A stretch of DNA of 50,743 bases from an uncultured bacterium. GTDB taxonomy: Bacteria > CAZSTA01. Within the stretch, counting starts at the first letter, position 1; each line of letters opens with the position of its first letter. Position numbers and translations under genes: made by a program. Location of the stretch: positions 1 through 50,743 of the forward strand of contig CAZSTA010000003.1 in NCBI GenBank assembly GCA_964609495.1, written 5' to 3'. Below, piece by piece: positions 9,768 through 18,695 of this stretch. Below the pieces are notes generated by a model. It had not been told where the DNA came from, did no database searches, and saw only the letters and a list, made by a program, of their open reading frames with translations.

Positions 9768-10709
9768 TCAGATCAGCTCGGCTAATCTTCTGATCTCCTG
9801 CTCTGCCTCGGTCATTATATCATTGATGATCCCCCTTACAGGCTTCACTGTGTTGATCAGCCCACATATTTGACCAGCGATAACTGTTCCTCTCTCCATA
9901 TCACCATCGACTACAGCCGCTCGCAGTCTGCCTATCCCAAAAGCTTCTATCTCCTCCTTAGAAGCTCCACTCTTCTCCAGAAGAGCGAATTCCCTTGATA
10001 GTTTATTTTTCAAGGCTCTGAGAGGGAGTCCTATCGATTCTCCTGTAATTACGGTATCTCTTTCGTTAGCCTTCAATACCTTCTTCTTATAATTCTCGTG
10101 GATCTTAGTTTCGGTAGCACAGACGAATCTAGTTCCCATCTGGACTCCTTTAGCTCCCAAAGCCAGGGCGGCTACTAAGCCCCGACCATCAGCTATTCCT
10201 CCCGCGGCGATAACTGGGATCTCGACGGCATCCACTACCTGGGGAACTAAAGCCATCGTAGTTACCTGACCTATGTGTCCACCTTTCTCCATTCCCTCAG
10301 CGATTACAGCATCAACTCCTATTCTCTCTAACCGTCGTGCTAGAGCTACCGCAGCTATTACTGGAATAACTTTAATACCCGCTTCCTTCAAACTGGGAAC
10401 ATACTTACCCGGATTACCTGCCCCGGTAGTGATTACTGGTATCCTCTCCTCGATAGCTATTTGTATTGCATCTTCTACATAAGGGGATAGGAAATAGATA
10501 TTGACGCCGAAGGGTTTGGTGGTCATCTCCTTGGTTTTCCTTATCTCATTGCGTATGAGATCGGGGGTCATATTTCCTAGGCCGAGAATCCCCAATCCTC
10601 CAGTTTCGGAGACTGCCGAGGCAAGCTCAGCGGTAGCAACCCAAGCCATTCCCCCTTGAATTATAGGGTATTCTATATTAAGCAAATCACATATCTCAGT
10701 TTTTATCAC
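9768..10709 (-). CDS. fabK: Enoyl-ACP reductase II
   Basis: PIIQGGMAWVA, GGHIG, AAGGIADGRG; position before fabD. Confidence 0.92.
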   Translation of the reverse strand: MIKTEICDLLNIEYPIIQGGMAWVATAELASAVSETGGLGILGLGNMTPDLIRNEIRKTKEMTTKPFGVNIYFLSPYVEDAIQIAIEERIPVITTGAGNPGKYVPSLKEAGIKVIPVIAAVALARRLERIGVDAVIAEGMEKGGHIGQVTTMALVPQVVDAVEIPVIAAGGIADGRGLVAALALGAKGVQMGTRFVCATETKIHENYKKKVLKANERDTVITGESIGLPLRALKNKLSREFALLEKSGASKEEIEAFGIGRLRAAVVDGDMERGTVIAGQICGLINTVKPVRGIINDIMTEAEQEIRRLAELI

Positions 10710-10778
10710 TGCTCTATCTCCTTCTTATAAAAGTAGCTAAGCGATAGGGTCAAGATCAGCCGAGTCACCTAGCTACCT

Positions 10779-10807
10779 ATTATATTAGGTTATTTGTTCA
10801 TTGTCAA
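10779..10807 (-). promoter_or_regulatory. sigma70 promoter for fabK-fabD-fabG-acpP-fabF-rnc
   Basis: Perfect TTGACA-17 bp-TATAAT on the minus strand. Confidence 0.75.
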
Positions 10808-10834
10808 GACTTTTGGCAGATATAGATGAAAAAA

Positions 10835-11731
10835 TTAAGACTTTATAAAAAATGTTATATATTCATGCTTAAATATATAAAATCCTCCAGCTAAAGCTCT
10901 ATATCTCCATAAATGTAATTGATTCCTTTTCCCTCTATTTTCCTGAATATCCTTAATACATATACTCTTTAGCTTATAACCGCAATTCAATATAACTTCC
11001 ATCGTTCTGAAGCCTAAGGGGATCCATTCACCATTTTCGTATTTGTCACCTATAACTAAAACTAAATAACGATCTCTCTCTAAAAAATCAGATACATTTT
11101 TAACGATCTTTTTAAATTTATTATAGAAATCTTCTTCGCTTTCTGCATTAGAGAGATCCTCCTTCAGATCACTAAATTTGATAATATCATAGTAAGGGGG
11201 ATGCATTATAAGCAATTGGGCTTTTTCCTGCCCCATCTCAGCTAGAGCTTCTCCGATCTTATCCTTAACTTCGATAGATCCGCTATCTCCTACGATAACT
11301 TTAGTTTTAATATTGTAATTGTTAGTCTCTTGAGAGATCCTTTCTTCAGCAATTTTAGCTACTTGGGGATAGATCTCGACCCCTATGCCATTTCTTCCCA
11401 ACCTTTTACACTCGATAAGAGTAGTTCCCGATCCCAAAAAAGTATCGAGCACCGTTTCTCCTCTTTTCGTGAATCTTAGGAGAGATTGAGTAGCGATCTG
11501 AGGAATAAAATTTCCCCAATAATCACCCTCATGCGCTCCGCTTTTATCACGCCCAGGAAATAACCACAGACTATCAGTTACTATCTCCGGGTAATCCTTC
11601 CATCTTTTAAGATCTATATCGTTAAGATAAGATGTTCTAGGTTTATAATCAGGCTCGTTATTCTTCTCTAAGATTTTAAAAGGTTCTTCTTCGGGGAAGA
11701 GTTCACCCTGTGATTCAGGCATAATCATCAC
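10835..11731 (-). CDS. Site-specific DNA amino-methyltransferase (m4C/m6A; motif I precedes motif IV)
   Basis: VLDTFLGSGTT, then IMHPPY; GNFIPQI. Confidence 0.85.
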   Translation of the reverse strand: MMIMPESQGELFPEEEPFKILEKNNEPDYKPRTSYLNDIDLKRWKDYPEIVTDSLWLFPGRDKSGAHEGDYWGNFIPQIATQSLLRFTKRGETVLDTFLGSGTTLIECKRLGRNGIGVEIYPQVAKIAEERISQETNNYNIKTKVIVGDSGSIEVKDKIGEALAEMGQEKAQLLIMHPPYYDIIKFSDLKEDLSNAESEEDFYNKFKKIVKNVSDFLERDRYLVLVIGDKYENGEWIPLGFRTMEVILNCGYKLKSICIKDIQENRGKRNQLHLWRYRALAGGFYIFKHEYITFFIKS

Positions 11732-11734
11732 CCT

Positions 11735-12544
11735 TCAGATTTCTAACTCTTCATAAGTTACTATTTCGATCTGGGAAACAGTCTTGTCAAAAAGCGATGG
11801 CTGAAGTTCTTCGTCTAATCTCTTGGCAGCCGATTTGCAATATTCCCTAGAGTTATCAATTAAAATAAAATTACGTCCTAACTTTTTTGCTACTAATCCA
11901 ACTGTTCCAGAGCCAGCGAACATATCTAAGACAGTATTTCCTTTATAGGAGTAAAATTTAATCAACCGATAAGGTAATTCCTCCGGAAATGGTGCTGGAT
12001 GACCAATCTTTTTTCTGCTTTCGGGAGCAAATACCCAGACACTGCGAGTATATTTCATAAATTCTTCTTTATCCAAGTCACAATTTTCAGGACTTCCTTC
12101 AAGTTTCCACTGGCCCTTGGAAAAGACAATAATGTATTCGTGGCGAGGAACGATATGGGGGTTGCTACAACTATTCCAACTACCCCAAGCGCAATGCTTC
12201 GCGGCACTGTGTTTATTCCAAATAAGTGTCCCTCTATAGAGCATTTTCAAATCAACACATTGTTGAATAAAGGCACTAAAAGCAGGATAAGTAATATTTT
12301 GCCTTTTATTTTCTCCCATATTTATACATAATCTTCCACCCTTTACCAAAACTCTCTTTGTTTCATTCCATACTTGTCCCATCCAATCGAGGTATTCGTT
12401 GTAGTCCATAAGGTCATTATGATCGCTGTAAGGTTTATTCAGATTATAAGGTGGAGATGTGATAACAAGATGCACTGACTCACCAGGTAACAGCTTTAAT
12501 GTATCCAGCGCATCACCACAGACTATTTTATTGAGTGGTAACAT
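11735..12544 (-). CDS. Beta-class DNA methyltransferase (probably m4C)
   Basis: ITSPPY, HPAPFP, VLDMFAGSGT. Confidence 0.9.
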   Translation of the reverse strand: MLPLNKIVCGDALDTLKLLPGESVHLVITSPPYNLNKPYSDHNDLMDYNEYLDWMGQVWNETKRVLVKGGRLCINMGENKRQNITYPAFSAFIQQCVDLKMLYRGTLIWNKHSAAKHCAWGSWNSCSNPHIVPRHEYIIVFSKGQWKLEGSPENCDLDKEEFMKYTRSVWVFAPESRKKIGHPAPFPEELPYRLIKFYSYKGNTVLDMFAGSGTVGLVAKKLGRNFILIDNSREYCKSAAKRLDEELQPSLFDKTVSQIEIVTYEELEI

Positions 12545-12589
12545 AGTGATTACTCCTGATAGTCTAAAGGCTACAGGTTAAGCTTAAAA

Positions 12590-13039
12590 TTATCCACCTT
12601 TGGAATCTACTTTATCCTCGGACTTCCTAAAATACCCCCACGAAGTTTTTAGAAGATTCTTCTCCTCGATATATCTTTGAGCTTTCTTCCTGAATTGGGT
12701 GAATAACTCCCTATCTCCCCAAAGCAAGATTCCATCCAATAACGCATCTAGGATAAGACCTCTATAAAGTAGAGAATCGACCTCCCCCTGGGTAAAGGCA
12801 ACTATATCTACCCAAACAGGTTTATCCTTATTTATCAAGGCTAACCTCTCCCAATAATCATAAGGAAGTTCTGAGGCAACTAAGAATAGGTCGTAATCAC
12901 TATATTTGCGGGGTTCACCTCTGGCTTGAGAGCCGAAGAGGAGAACGAACTTGATATCTAGTTTTAGAGATAAGCTATCTATAAATTCTCTAATATAGTC
13001 CGGGAGCTCTGGACTATCTTCTTCGCACATTTTACACAC
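12590..13039 (-). CDS. MNT minimal nucleotidyltransferase (antitoxin of a HEPN-MNT pair)
   Basis: LFGSQARGEPRKYSDYDL (GSx10DxD); overlaps the HEPN gene. Confidence 0.88.
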   Translation of the reverse strand: MCKMCEEDSPELPDYIREFIDSLSLKLDIKFVLLFGSQARGEPRKYSDYDLFLVASELPYDYWERLALINKDKPVWVDIVAFTQGEVDSLLYRGLILDALLDGILLWGDRELFTQFRKKAQRYIEEKNLLKTSWGYFRKSEDKVDSKGG

Positions 13040-13395
13040 TCTCGAGCCTTAATTTCGTTATAGAACTCGTATGGTTTCCCGAAGGGAAAACTATTGGGGT
13101 AACGGGAGGGGATGTAATGTTGATCCAATTCCTGCGCTTCAGCTAATAGTGGTAAAAGCTCATTGATAGAGTTTAAGTTATAATTAGGGTCTCCTTTGAT
13201 AAGAATAGTTACACTATGGATTCGCTGAATATCTTCATTTATCGCTATATGCAGAGCCTTAACAGCTTTTTCTCCTGCTTGTTGAGAGATGAAGCAAGCC
13301 CAGTTATAATTTCCTATTCTAGCGTTATCCTCCGCGACCTTGAGATCAAATTCGGCCTCCTCTAGCCATCTGAGAGCTTCATCCCGCGGATTCAT
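12979..13395 (-). CDS. HEPN domain protein
   Basis: WLEEAEFDL, YNWACFISQQAGEKAVKA, YIPSRYP. Confidence 0.88.
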   Translation of the reverse strand: MNPRDEALRWLEEAEFDLKVAEDNARIGNYNWACFISQQAGEKAVKALHIAINEDIQRIHSVTILIKGDPNYNLNSINELLPLLAEAQELDQHYIPSRYPNSFPFGKPYEFYNEIKARECVKCAKKIVQSSRTILENL

Positions 13396-13423
13396 TATCC
13401 ATTCCCCCCCGCTAATCTGAAGA

Positions 13424-14716
13424 TCAGGTGGTCTCCAATCTCCCTCTAGGCATTTTGCTAAGCATTCGTCTGAAGCTGAAATTTATGGGAATAAAGAATG
13501 CCCAACGCTTCTTGAAATCCGTGAGGATTCGGGAGAATATTGACTTATAGGAGTAGAACTCATGCCAAGCCCAGTTAGAACCGTTCTGTAGAGCCTCTAC
13601 CGACATCTTCTTGGGAAGAAAGACTACATTGGATATAGTGTACTTCGACCAATCCCTATCGATTATTCTATTCTCCTTCTCAAGTTTATCGAATAAATCG
13701 GTCCCAGGGAACGGAGTGAGAATTCCAAACTGGGCGGCAGCTAATTTCATCTTCTTAGCGAATTCCACTGTTCTTTCGAAGACTGACACATCGTCTCCAT
13801 CGAAACCGAAGATGAAGGCTCCTTCGATTCCAAGGCCATGGTCCTGGATCTTCTTGATCGAGGTTTCGAATTCTTCGACTTTGTTCACTTTGGACTTCCT
13901 CATCTCCTCGAGGTTCTCAGGTGATAGGGACTCTAATCCAATAAAGAGCCCCATACAACCGCTCTTGGAGGCTAAGGAGAGAAGTTTTTCGTCTTTAGCT
14001 ATCGTTATCGAACTCTGACTTATCCACTTTATCTTTAGGGGGATCAATCTCTCAAAGAGTTCCTTAGCATAACGAGGATTACCAGTAATATTATCATCCA
14101 CGAAGAGAACCCTATTACCCTTAATTGTCTCTAACTCTTTGATAACATCATCTACGGGACGATAGCGGAAGGTCCTCCCAAAGAATTTCGTAACAGCACA
14201 GAAATCGCAGTCGAAGGGACAGCCCCTAGTAGTCTGGACCACATTTGTCGTTAGATAACGTCTCTTTTTTAATAGATCCCTTCTGGGAATCGGTAGTTTA
14301 TCTAATTTTGGTCTCTCGGAACAGTGGTAGAATTTCTTTAATTTCCCCTTTTTTGCATCCTCTATGACGTCTTTCCATACATCCTCTGCCTCTCCGATCA
14401 CCACCGCATCGGCATGTTGAGCCGCCTCTTCGGGCATAAGGCTGGGATGGATCCCACCTAATACCACCTTTACCCCTCGCTTGCGAAATTCTTTAGACAT
14501 CTCATAAGCTTTAGGAGCAGCAGGAGTCATAACTGTAATTCCCACCAAATCCACATCCTTATCGAAATCTACCTTGGATACCATCTCATCGGTCAGCGAT
14601 ACCTCCACATCTGGGGGAGTTAAAGCTGCCAATAGAGGCAAGCTAAGGGGTGGGAATATCGAAAAGTTGCTGATCGCATATTCTCTCCAACGAGGAGATA
14701 TAATCTCTATCTTCAT
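13424..14716 (-). CDS. B12-binding radical SAM protein
   Basis: N-terminal cobalamin-binding domain (VVLGGIH) and CPFDCDFC (CxxxCxxC). Confidence 0.9.
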   Translation of the reverse strand: MKIEIISPRWREYAISNFSIFPPLSLPLLAALTPPDVEVSLTDEMVSKVDFDKDVDLVGITVMTPAAPKAYEMSKEFRKRGVKVVLGGIHPSLMPEEAAQHADAVVIGEAEDVWKDVIEDAKKGKLKKFYHCSERPKLDKLPIPRRDLLKKRRYLTTNVVQTTRGCPFDCDFCAVTKFFGRTFRYRPVDDVIKELETIKGNRVLFVDDNITGNPRYAKELFERLIPLKIKWISQSSITIAKDEKLLSLASKSGCMGLFIGLESLSPENLEEMRKSKVNKVEEFETSIKKIQDHGLGIEGAFIFGFDGDDVSVFERTVEFAKKMKLAAAQFGILTPFPGTDLFDKLEKENRIIDRDWSKYTISNVVFLPKKMSVEALQNGSNWAWHEFYSYKSIFSRILTDFKKRWAFFIPINFSFRRMLSKMPRGRLETT

Positions 14717-14740
14717 ATCCTTCTCCTTTCAATTTAAATC

Positions 14741-15733
14741 TTACCAACGTATTACTAAAGATCCCCACGTCAATCCTGCCCCGAAGCCGGTGAGAACGAG
14801 GATATCTCCCTCTTTAATTCTATCCTCTTGTAAGGCTTCTTTTAGAGCAATGGGGATGGAAGCAGCCGAGGTGTTGCCATATTTGTGAACATTGGTGAAA
14901 ACCTTGCTCATAGGCACTCCCAATCGATTGGCTGCCGCTTTAATGATGCGAATATTAGCTTGATGGGGGATCAGAAGATCTATGCCCTCTGGAGATATGG
15001 AGCATCTGTTTAAAGCTCGCAGGGATGATTCCCCCATAATACGAACTGCGAACTTGAATACTTCGTTACCACTCATTTTAACGAAATGGAGCTTCTCATC
15101 AACGGTTTTGTGAGAGGCTGGATATCTTGAGAGTCCACCTGGTAGCTTAAGAAGGTCCCCACCAGAGCCATCAGCTCCTAAATCGATTCCTAAGATACCC
15201 CTATCTCCCTCTACCTCTTCTAGGACGACCGCTCCTGCTCCATCGCCGAAGACAACACAAGTGGTTCGATCGGTCCAATCGGTTATCTTGGATAGGGTCT
15301 CAGCCCCGATGACCAAAGCCTTTTTGGCTAAGCCAAGCGCAACGAATTGAGCCGCACTAGCTACCGCGTAGATAAAGCCGGTGCATCCTGCTAGTAGATC
15401 GAAGGTCGCGGCACCTTTGGCTCCCAGACGATCTTGAACGATGCAGGCCGTGGCAGGAAACGCCATATCAGGAGTAGCAGTAGCTACTACAATAAGATCT
15501 ATATCCTCCGCTTCCGCTCCGGCATCTTTTAAAGCATCTTGAGCGGCTATTGTGGCTAAATCGGAGGTAGCTATTCCATCCTCCGCTATCCTTCTCTCTT
15601 GGATTCCAGTGCGAGTGCGAATCCACTCGTCACTTGTATCAACCATCTTCTCCAAGTCAAAGTTGGTAATGATCTTGGTGGGAAGGTAAATTCCCACGCC
15701 AGATATTCCTACTCTTTTAACTTCGCCGTTCAT
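14741..15733 (-). CDS. fabH: 3-oxoacyl-ACP synthase III
   Basis: AGCTGF, PHQANIR, YGNTSAAS, GAGLTWG; start chosen after an AGGTGG RBS. Confidence 0.96.
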   Translation of the reverse strand: MNGEVKRVGISGVGIYLPTKIITNFDLEKMVDTSDEWIRTRTGIQERRIAEDGIATSDLATIAAQDALKDAGAEAEDIDLIVVATATPDMAFPATACIVQDRLGAKGAATFDLLAGCTGFIYAVASAAQFVALGLAKKALVIGAETLSKITDWTDRTTCVVFGDGAGAVVLEEVEGDRGILGIDLGADGSGGDLLKLPGGLSRYPASHKTVDEKLHFVKMSGNEVFKFAVRIMGESSLRALNRCSISPEGIDLLIPHQANIRIIKAAANRLGVPMSKVFTNVHKYGNTSAASIPIALKEALQEDRIKEGDILVLTGFGAGLTWGSLVIRW

Positions 15734-15777
15734 TATCCCACCTTTACAATCGATCTTTTCGATATTCAATATGTTCA

Positions 15778-16812
15778 CTACATCCCGTAGTTTTCTTCTA
15801 TCTTCCGGACCCTTTCGATCCTTTCCCTTATCCTCGTTAAACCATCTTTTTCTATGAATTCACACGCTGCCCGCAGAGCATTCTTTATAGCCTTAGCATT
15901 CGATCTTCCGTGAGCGATAATGCAGGTCCCATTTACTCCTAATAGCGGGGCCCCTCCATATTCACTACTATCGAGTCTCTTCTTCAAGGCCCTTAATCTA
16001 GGGGCTAAAAGCGCTATCCCCAATTTAGATCTGAGAGTTCCCATATCTGAGGCTTCTCGCTTTAACACCCCGAACATTACCTCCCCTATGCCCTCCGCGA
16101 ACTTCAAGACTATATTGCCAGTGAAACCATCACAGACTGCTACATCCACTTTGCCATGGGGGACATCCTTTCCCTCCACATTACCGATAAAGTTTGGTTC
16201 AGCTTTTTTAAGAAGCTCATAAGCGGCTAGAACTAGCCCGTTACCCTTTCCCTCTTCCTCACCCACGTTCAGAAGCCCAACCTTAGGCTTCTTCTTCCCG
16301 AATATTAACTCGGCATATACACTTCCCATAAGGGCAAACTCGACTAACTGAGTAGGCTTGCAGTCCATATTGGCTCCAGCATCAATTAAAATACAGATGT
16401 CGGTCAAAGTGGGCATTATAGCCGCTATCGCTGGTCGCTCAATCCCTTTGAGCCGGCCCAACTTAGTCAGAGCACTCACCATCGCCGCCCCGGTGCTTCC
16501 TGCTGAGATCATCCCCTGAGCTTCCCCATCTCTAACTAACTCTCCCGTAACCAAGATAGAGGCCTTCGGCTTACGTTTTATCGCTTTAGCTGGAGATTCA
16601 TGCATCTCGATCACTTGGCTGGCGGGCGCTATCTCGATAGCCGATTCCGGATATTCATAGAGGTTAAGCTGGGATTTTATACCGTTCTCATCTCCAACCA
16701 AGATGATTTTTATCTCAGATCGCTCCCCTACGAAGTCAACTGCGCCCTTAACTATCTCCTGAGGAGCAAAGTCTCCTCCCATAGCATCGACTGCTAACCT
16801 CATTACCTTCAC
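15778..16812 (-). CDS. plsX: Phosphate acyltransferase PlsX
   Basis: AVDAMGGDFAP, SAGSTGA, CDGFTGN, HGRS. Confidence 0.96.
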   Translation of the reverse strand: MKVMRLAVDAMGGDFAPQEIVKGAVDFVGERSEIKIILVGDENGIKSQLNLYEYPESAIEIAPASQVIEMHESPAKAIKRKPKASILVTGELVRDGEAQGMISAGSTGAAMVSALTKLGRLKGIERPAIAAIMPTLTDICILIDAGANMDCKPTQLVEFALMGSVYAELIFGKKKPKVGLLNVGEEEGKGNGLVLAAYELLKKAEPNFIGNVEGKDVPHGKVDVAVCDGFTGNIVLKFAEGIGEVMFGVLKREASDMGTLRSKLGIALLAPRLRALKKRLDSSEYGGAPLLGVNGTCIIAHGRSNAKAIKNALRAACEFIEKDGLTRIRERIERVRKIEENYGM

Positions 16813-16891
16813 CTCATCACGGAGATTGGGAGAGAAAATATCCCCGAACTGAAACTCGAGTTTCGGTTATCCTTCCATATCAGATGATAAG

Positions 16892-17071
16892 TCACGCGAC
16901 TTTTATAATTTCCCGACCATTGTAGTAGCCACAGGCCGGGCAGGCTCGATGTGATAATTTGGGTTTATGGCATTGAGGACATTCGCTGAAAGTTGGCACT
17001 TTTATCTTAGGATGTCCTCCCCTTCTTTTATCCCTTCTGGACTTAGAGACTTTCCTTTTGGGAACTCCCAT
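16892..17071 (-). CDS. rpmF: 50S ribosomal protein L32 (zinc-ribbon form)
   Basis: Hand translation MGVPKRKVSKSRRDKRRGGHPKIKVPTFSECPQCHKPKLSHRACPACGYYNGREIIKVA (59 aa, absent from the ORF track); GGAGG RBS. Confidence 0.95.
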   Translation of the reverse strand: MGVPKRKVSKSRRDKRRGGHPKIKVPTFSECPQCHKPKLSHRACPACGYYNGREIIKVA

Positions 17072-17089
17072 TCTGTATTCTACCTCCCT

Positions 17090-17782
17090 TCAACGTCTAT
17101 TCGGAATTATATCGACTATTTGATGATCTTGCTTCAATTTCACTATCCTATGAGGGGGATAGTATCCTCTAAGGGAGATATTGGCATAGACTATCGTCTC
17201 TCGACCAATGAGCGTCCCGGGGTTAGTCACGGTGTTACAGCCAGTCTGCACCCTATCTCCGATAATAGCCCCGAACTTAGTTAATCTGGTATCATATTCT
17301 CGACCGTTGATGAAGAGCTTAATATTTCTCTTCGTCACCTTTACATTAGAGAGTCTAGTCCCCGCTCCAAGATTAACTTCGTTTCCCAAGACGCTATCTC
17401 CCACATAAGCAAAATGAGGAGCACGGCTATGATTCAACATTATAGAACCTTTAACCTCGGTGGAATGTCCAATGATGCAATTATCTCCAATCAGAACATT
17501 TCCTCTAATATAAGCTCCATGGCGAATAAGGGTATTTTCCCCGATTATAGTGGGACCTTTTATATAAGCCCCAGGTTCTACTATCGACCCCTCTCCCAGA
17601 TAGACCTCTCCTTCTATTATCGCTTGGGGCATAATTTTACCTTTTAGAGCAGATACCACCCGCTCCTTGATAAACTCGTCTCTTCTATTCAGCACCTCCC
17701 AGACATATTCGAGATCAGCAAACAATTCTTTATATCGAAAATCAGCAAGATCAAAGAAGCTTTGAGGATCTAACATTCTCAC
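17090..17782 (-). CDS. Left-handed beta-helix acyltransferase, similar to the archaeal-type GlmU C-terminal domain
   Basis: Hexapeptide repeats, APHFAYVGDSVLG, NLGAGT, KFGAIIGD..QTGCN..TNPGT. Confidence 0.8.
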   Translation of the reverse strand: MRMLDPQSFFDLADFRYKELFADLEYVWEVLNRRDEFIKERVVSALKGKIMPQAIIEGEVYLGEGSIVEPGAYIKGPTIIGENTLIRHGAYIRGNVLIGDNCIIGHSTEVKGSIMLNHSRAPHFAYVGDSVLGNEVNLGAGTRLSNVKVTKRNIKLFINGREYDTRLTKFGAIIGDRVQTGCNTVTNPGTLIGRETIVYANISLRGYYPPHRIVKLKQDHQIVDIIPNRR

Positions 17783-17795
17783 CTTCTCTTTCTTT

Positions 17796-18311
17796 TCAAT
17801 CTAATAGCTCGGTTAATACCGCTAGACGAGGATCGATAGTTTCTCGTTTACAATCACACTCTTTTATATTTAGATTCTGGCCACATATCGGGCATAAACC
17901 CCGACAATCTTCTTGGCAAAGTGGCTTCATCGGTAGCTCTACTAACAAGCTACTTTCTACTTCATCTTGAAGATCTATCTCTGAATCTTCGTATAACCTT
18001 CTCTCCACTTCCTTATCCCGTTTACCGATCGATCCTAGATTACCCACATACTCACTGTTTATAGGAGCTTTCAAAGATAATACTACGGGAGATAAACAAC
18101 GACTACAACTGACCTCTAACTCAGCCCAAACCCAACCGGTAACTAAAATACTATCTCCGGTACTTACTAAGGTGACATTGATACTAACTGGTTTATGGAA
18201 AGTGAGATATTCCTTTCTGTAGAATATAGTCTCCATTTCCTTAACGAATTTCAGATGGCGAGCTTCTCCTACCTCACTCTCCTCTAGCTCAGAGATGTCT
18301 ATCTTTATCAT
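17796..18311 (-). CDS. yceD: YceD/DUF177 family protein
   Basis: CSRCL, LPMKPLC...C.GLCPICG, DPRLA; upstream of rpmF. Confidence 0.9.
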   Translation of the reverse strand: MIKIDISELEESEVGEARHLKFVKEMETIFYRKEYLTFHKPVSINVTLVSTGDSILVTGWVWAELEVSCSRCLSPVVLSLKAPINSEYVGNLGSIGKRDKEVERRLYEDSEIDLQDEVESSLLVELPMKPLCQEDCRGLCPICGQNLNIKECDCKRETIDPRLAVLTELLD

Positions 18312-18391
18312 CTCGTATCACCTCAAAATTACCTCATTATCAAAGAACAAATGAGGGCGATAGCTATCTAGGATAGAAATAATCCAAGTAA

Positions 18392-18420
18392 AGAATAGCA
18401 TATTGTTTTGGACTTGTCAA
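18392..18420 (-). promoter_or_regulatory. sigma70 promoter of the yceD-rpmF-plsX operon
   Basis: TTGACA-17 bp-TATTCT with extended TG. Confidence 0.55.
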
Positions 18421-18462
18421 GCCTATTTTTAGTATATCTTACTTCTTTCTCCCCAAACAATA

Positions 18463-18490
18463 AGCCCCTCCAGCACGTCGCTAGAAGGGC
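18463..18490 (-). terminator. Probable terminator downstream of the tRNA
   Basis: GCCCTTCTAGC-GACGT-GCTGGAGGGGC followed by TTATTGTTT on the minus strand. Confidence 0.55.
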
Positions 18491-18562
18491 GCAAATCCAC
18501 CTCTTAATAAATCCAGCGAACGAAAGTGGGAACGATCGCATCTACTCTCATTAGGAGAACTA

Positions 18563-18652
18563 TGGCGGAAAGGGAGGGATTCGAACCCCCGGAGGCATGG
18601 AAGCCTCAGCGATTTTCAAGACCGCCCCAATAAACCACTCTGGCACCTTTCC
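18563..18652 (-). tRNA. tRNA-Ser(TGA)
   Basis: GGAAAGG acceptor stem, anticodon arm GCGGT-CTTGAAA-ATCGC, long variable arm, GGTTCGAATCC T-loop, encoded GCCA end. Confidence 0.95.
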
Positions 18653-18659
18653 ACCATAT

Positions 18660-18688
18660 ATTATATCATCGAAAGGGGAGTTTGTCAA
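18660..18688 (-). promoter_or_regulatory. sigma70 promoter of tRNA-Ser
   Basis: TTGACA-17 bp-TATAAT with extended TG. Confidence 0.75.
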
Positions 18689-18695
18689 ATTTTTT

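Noticed and set aside
18505-18546. Small stem-loop just downstream of tRNA-Ser as an att site or ncRNA
   Set aside because: No duplicate of the tRNA 3' end and no integrase in the window; likely trailer structure
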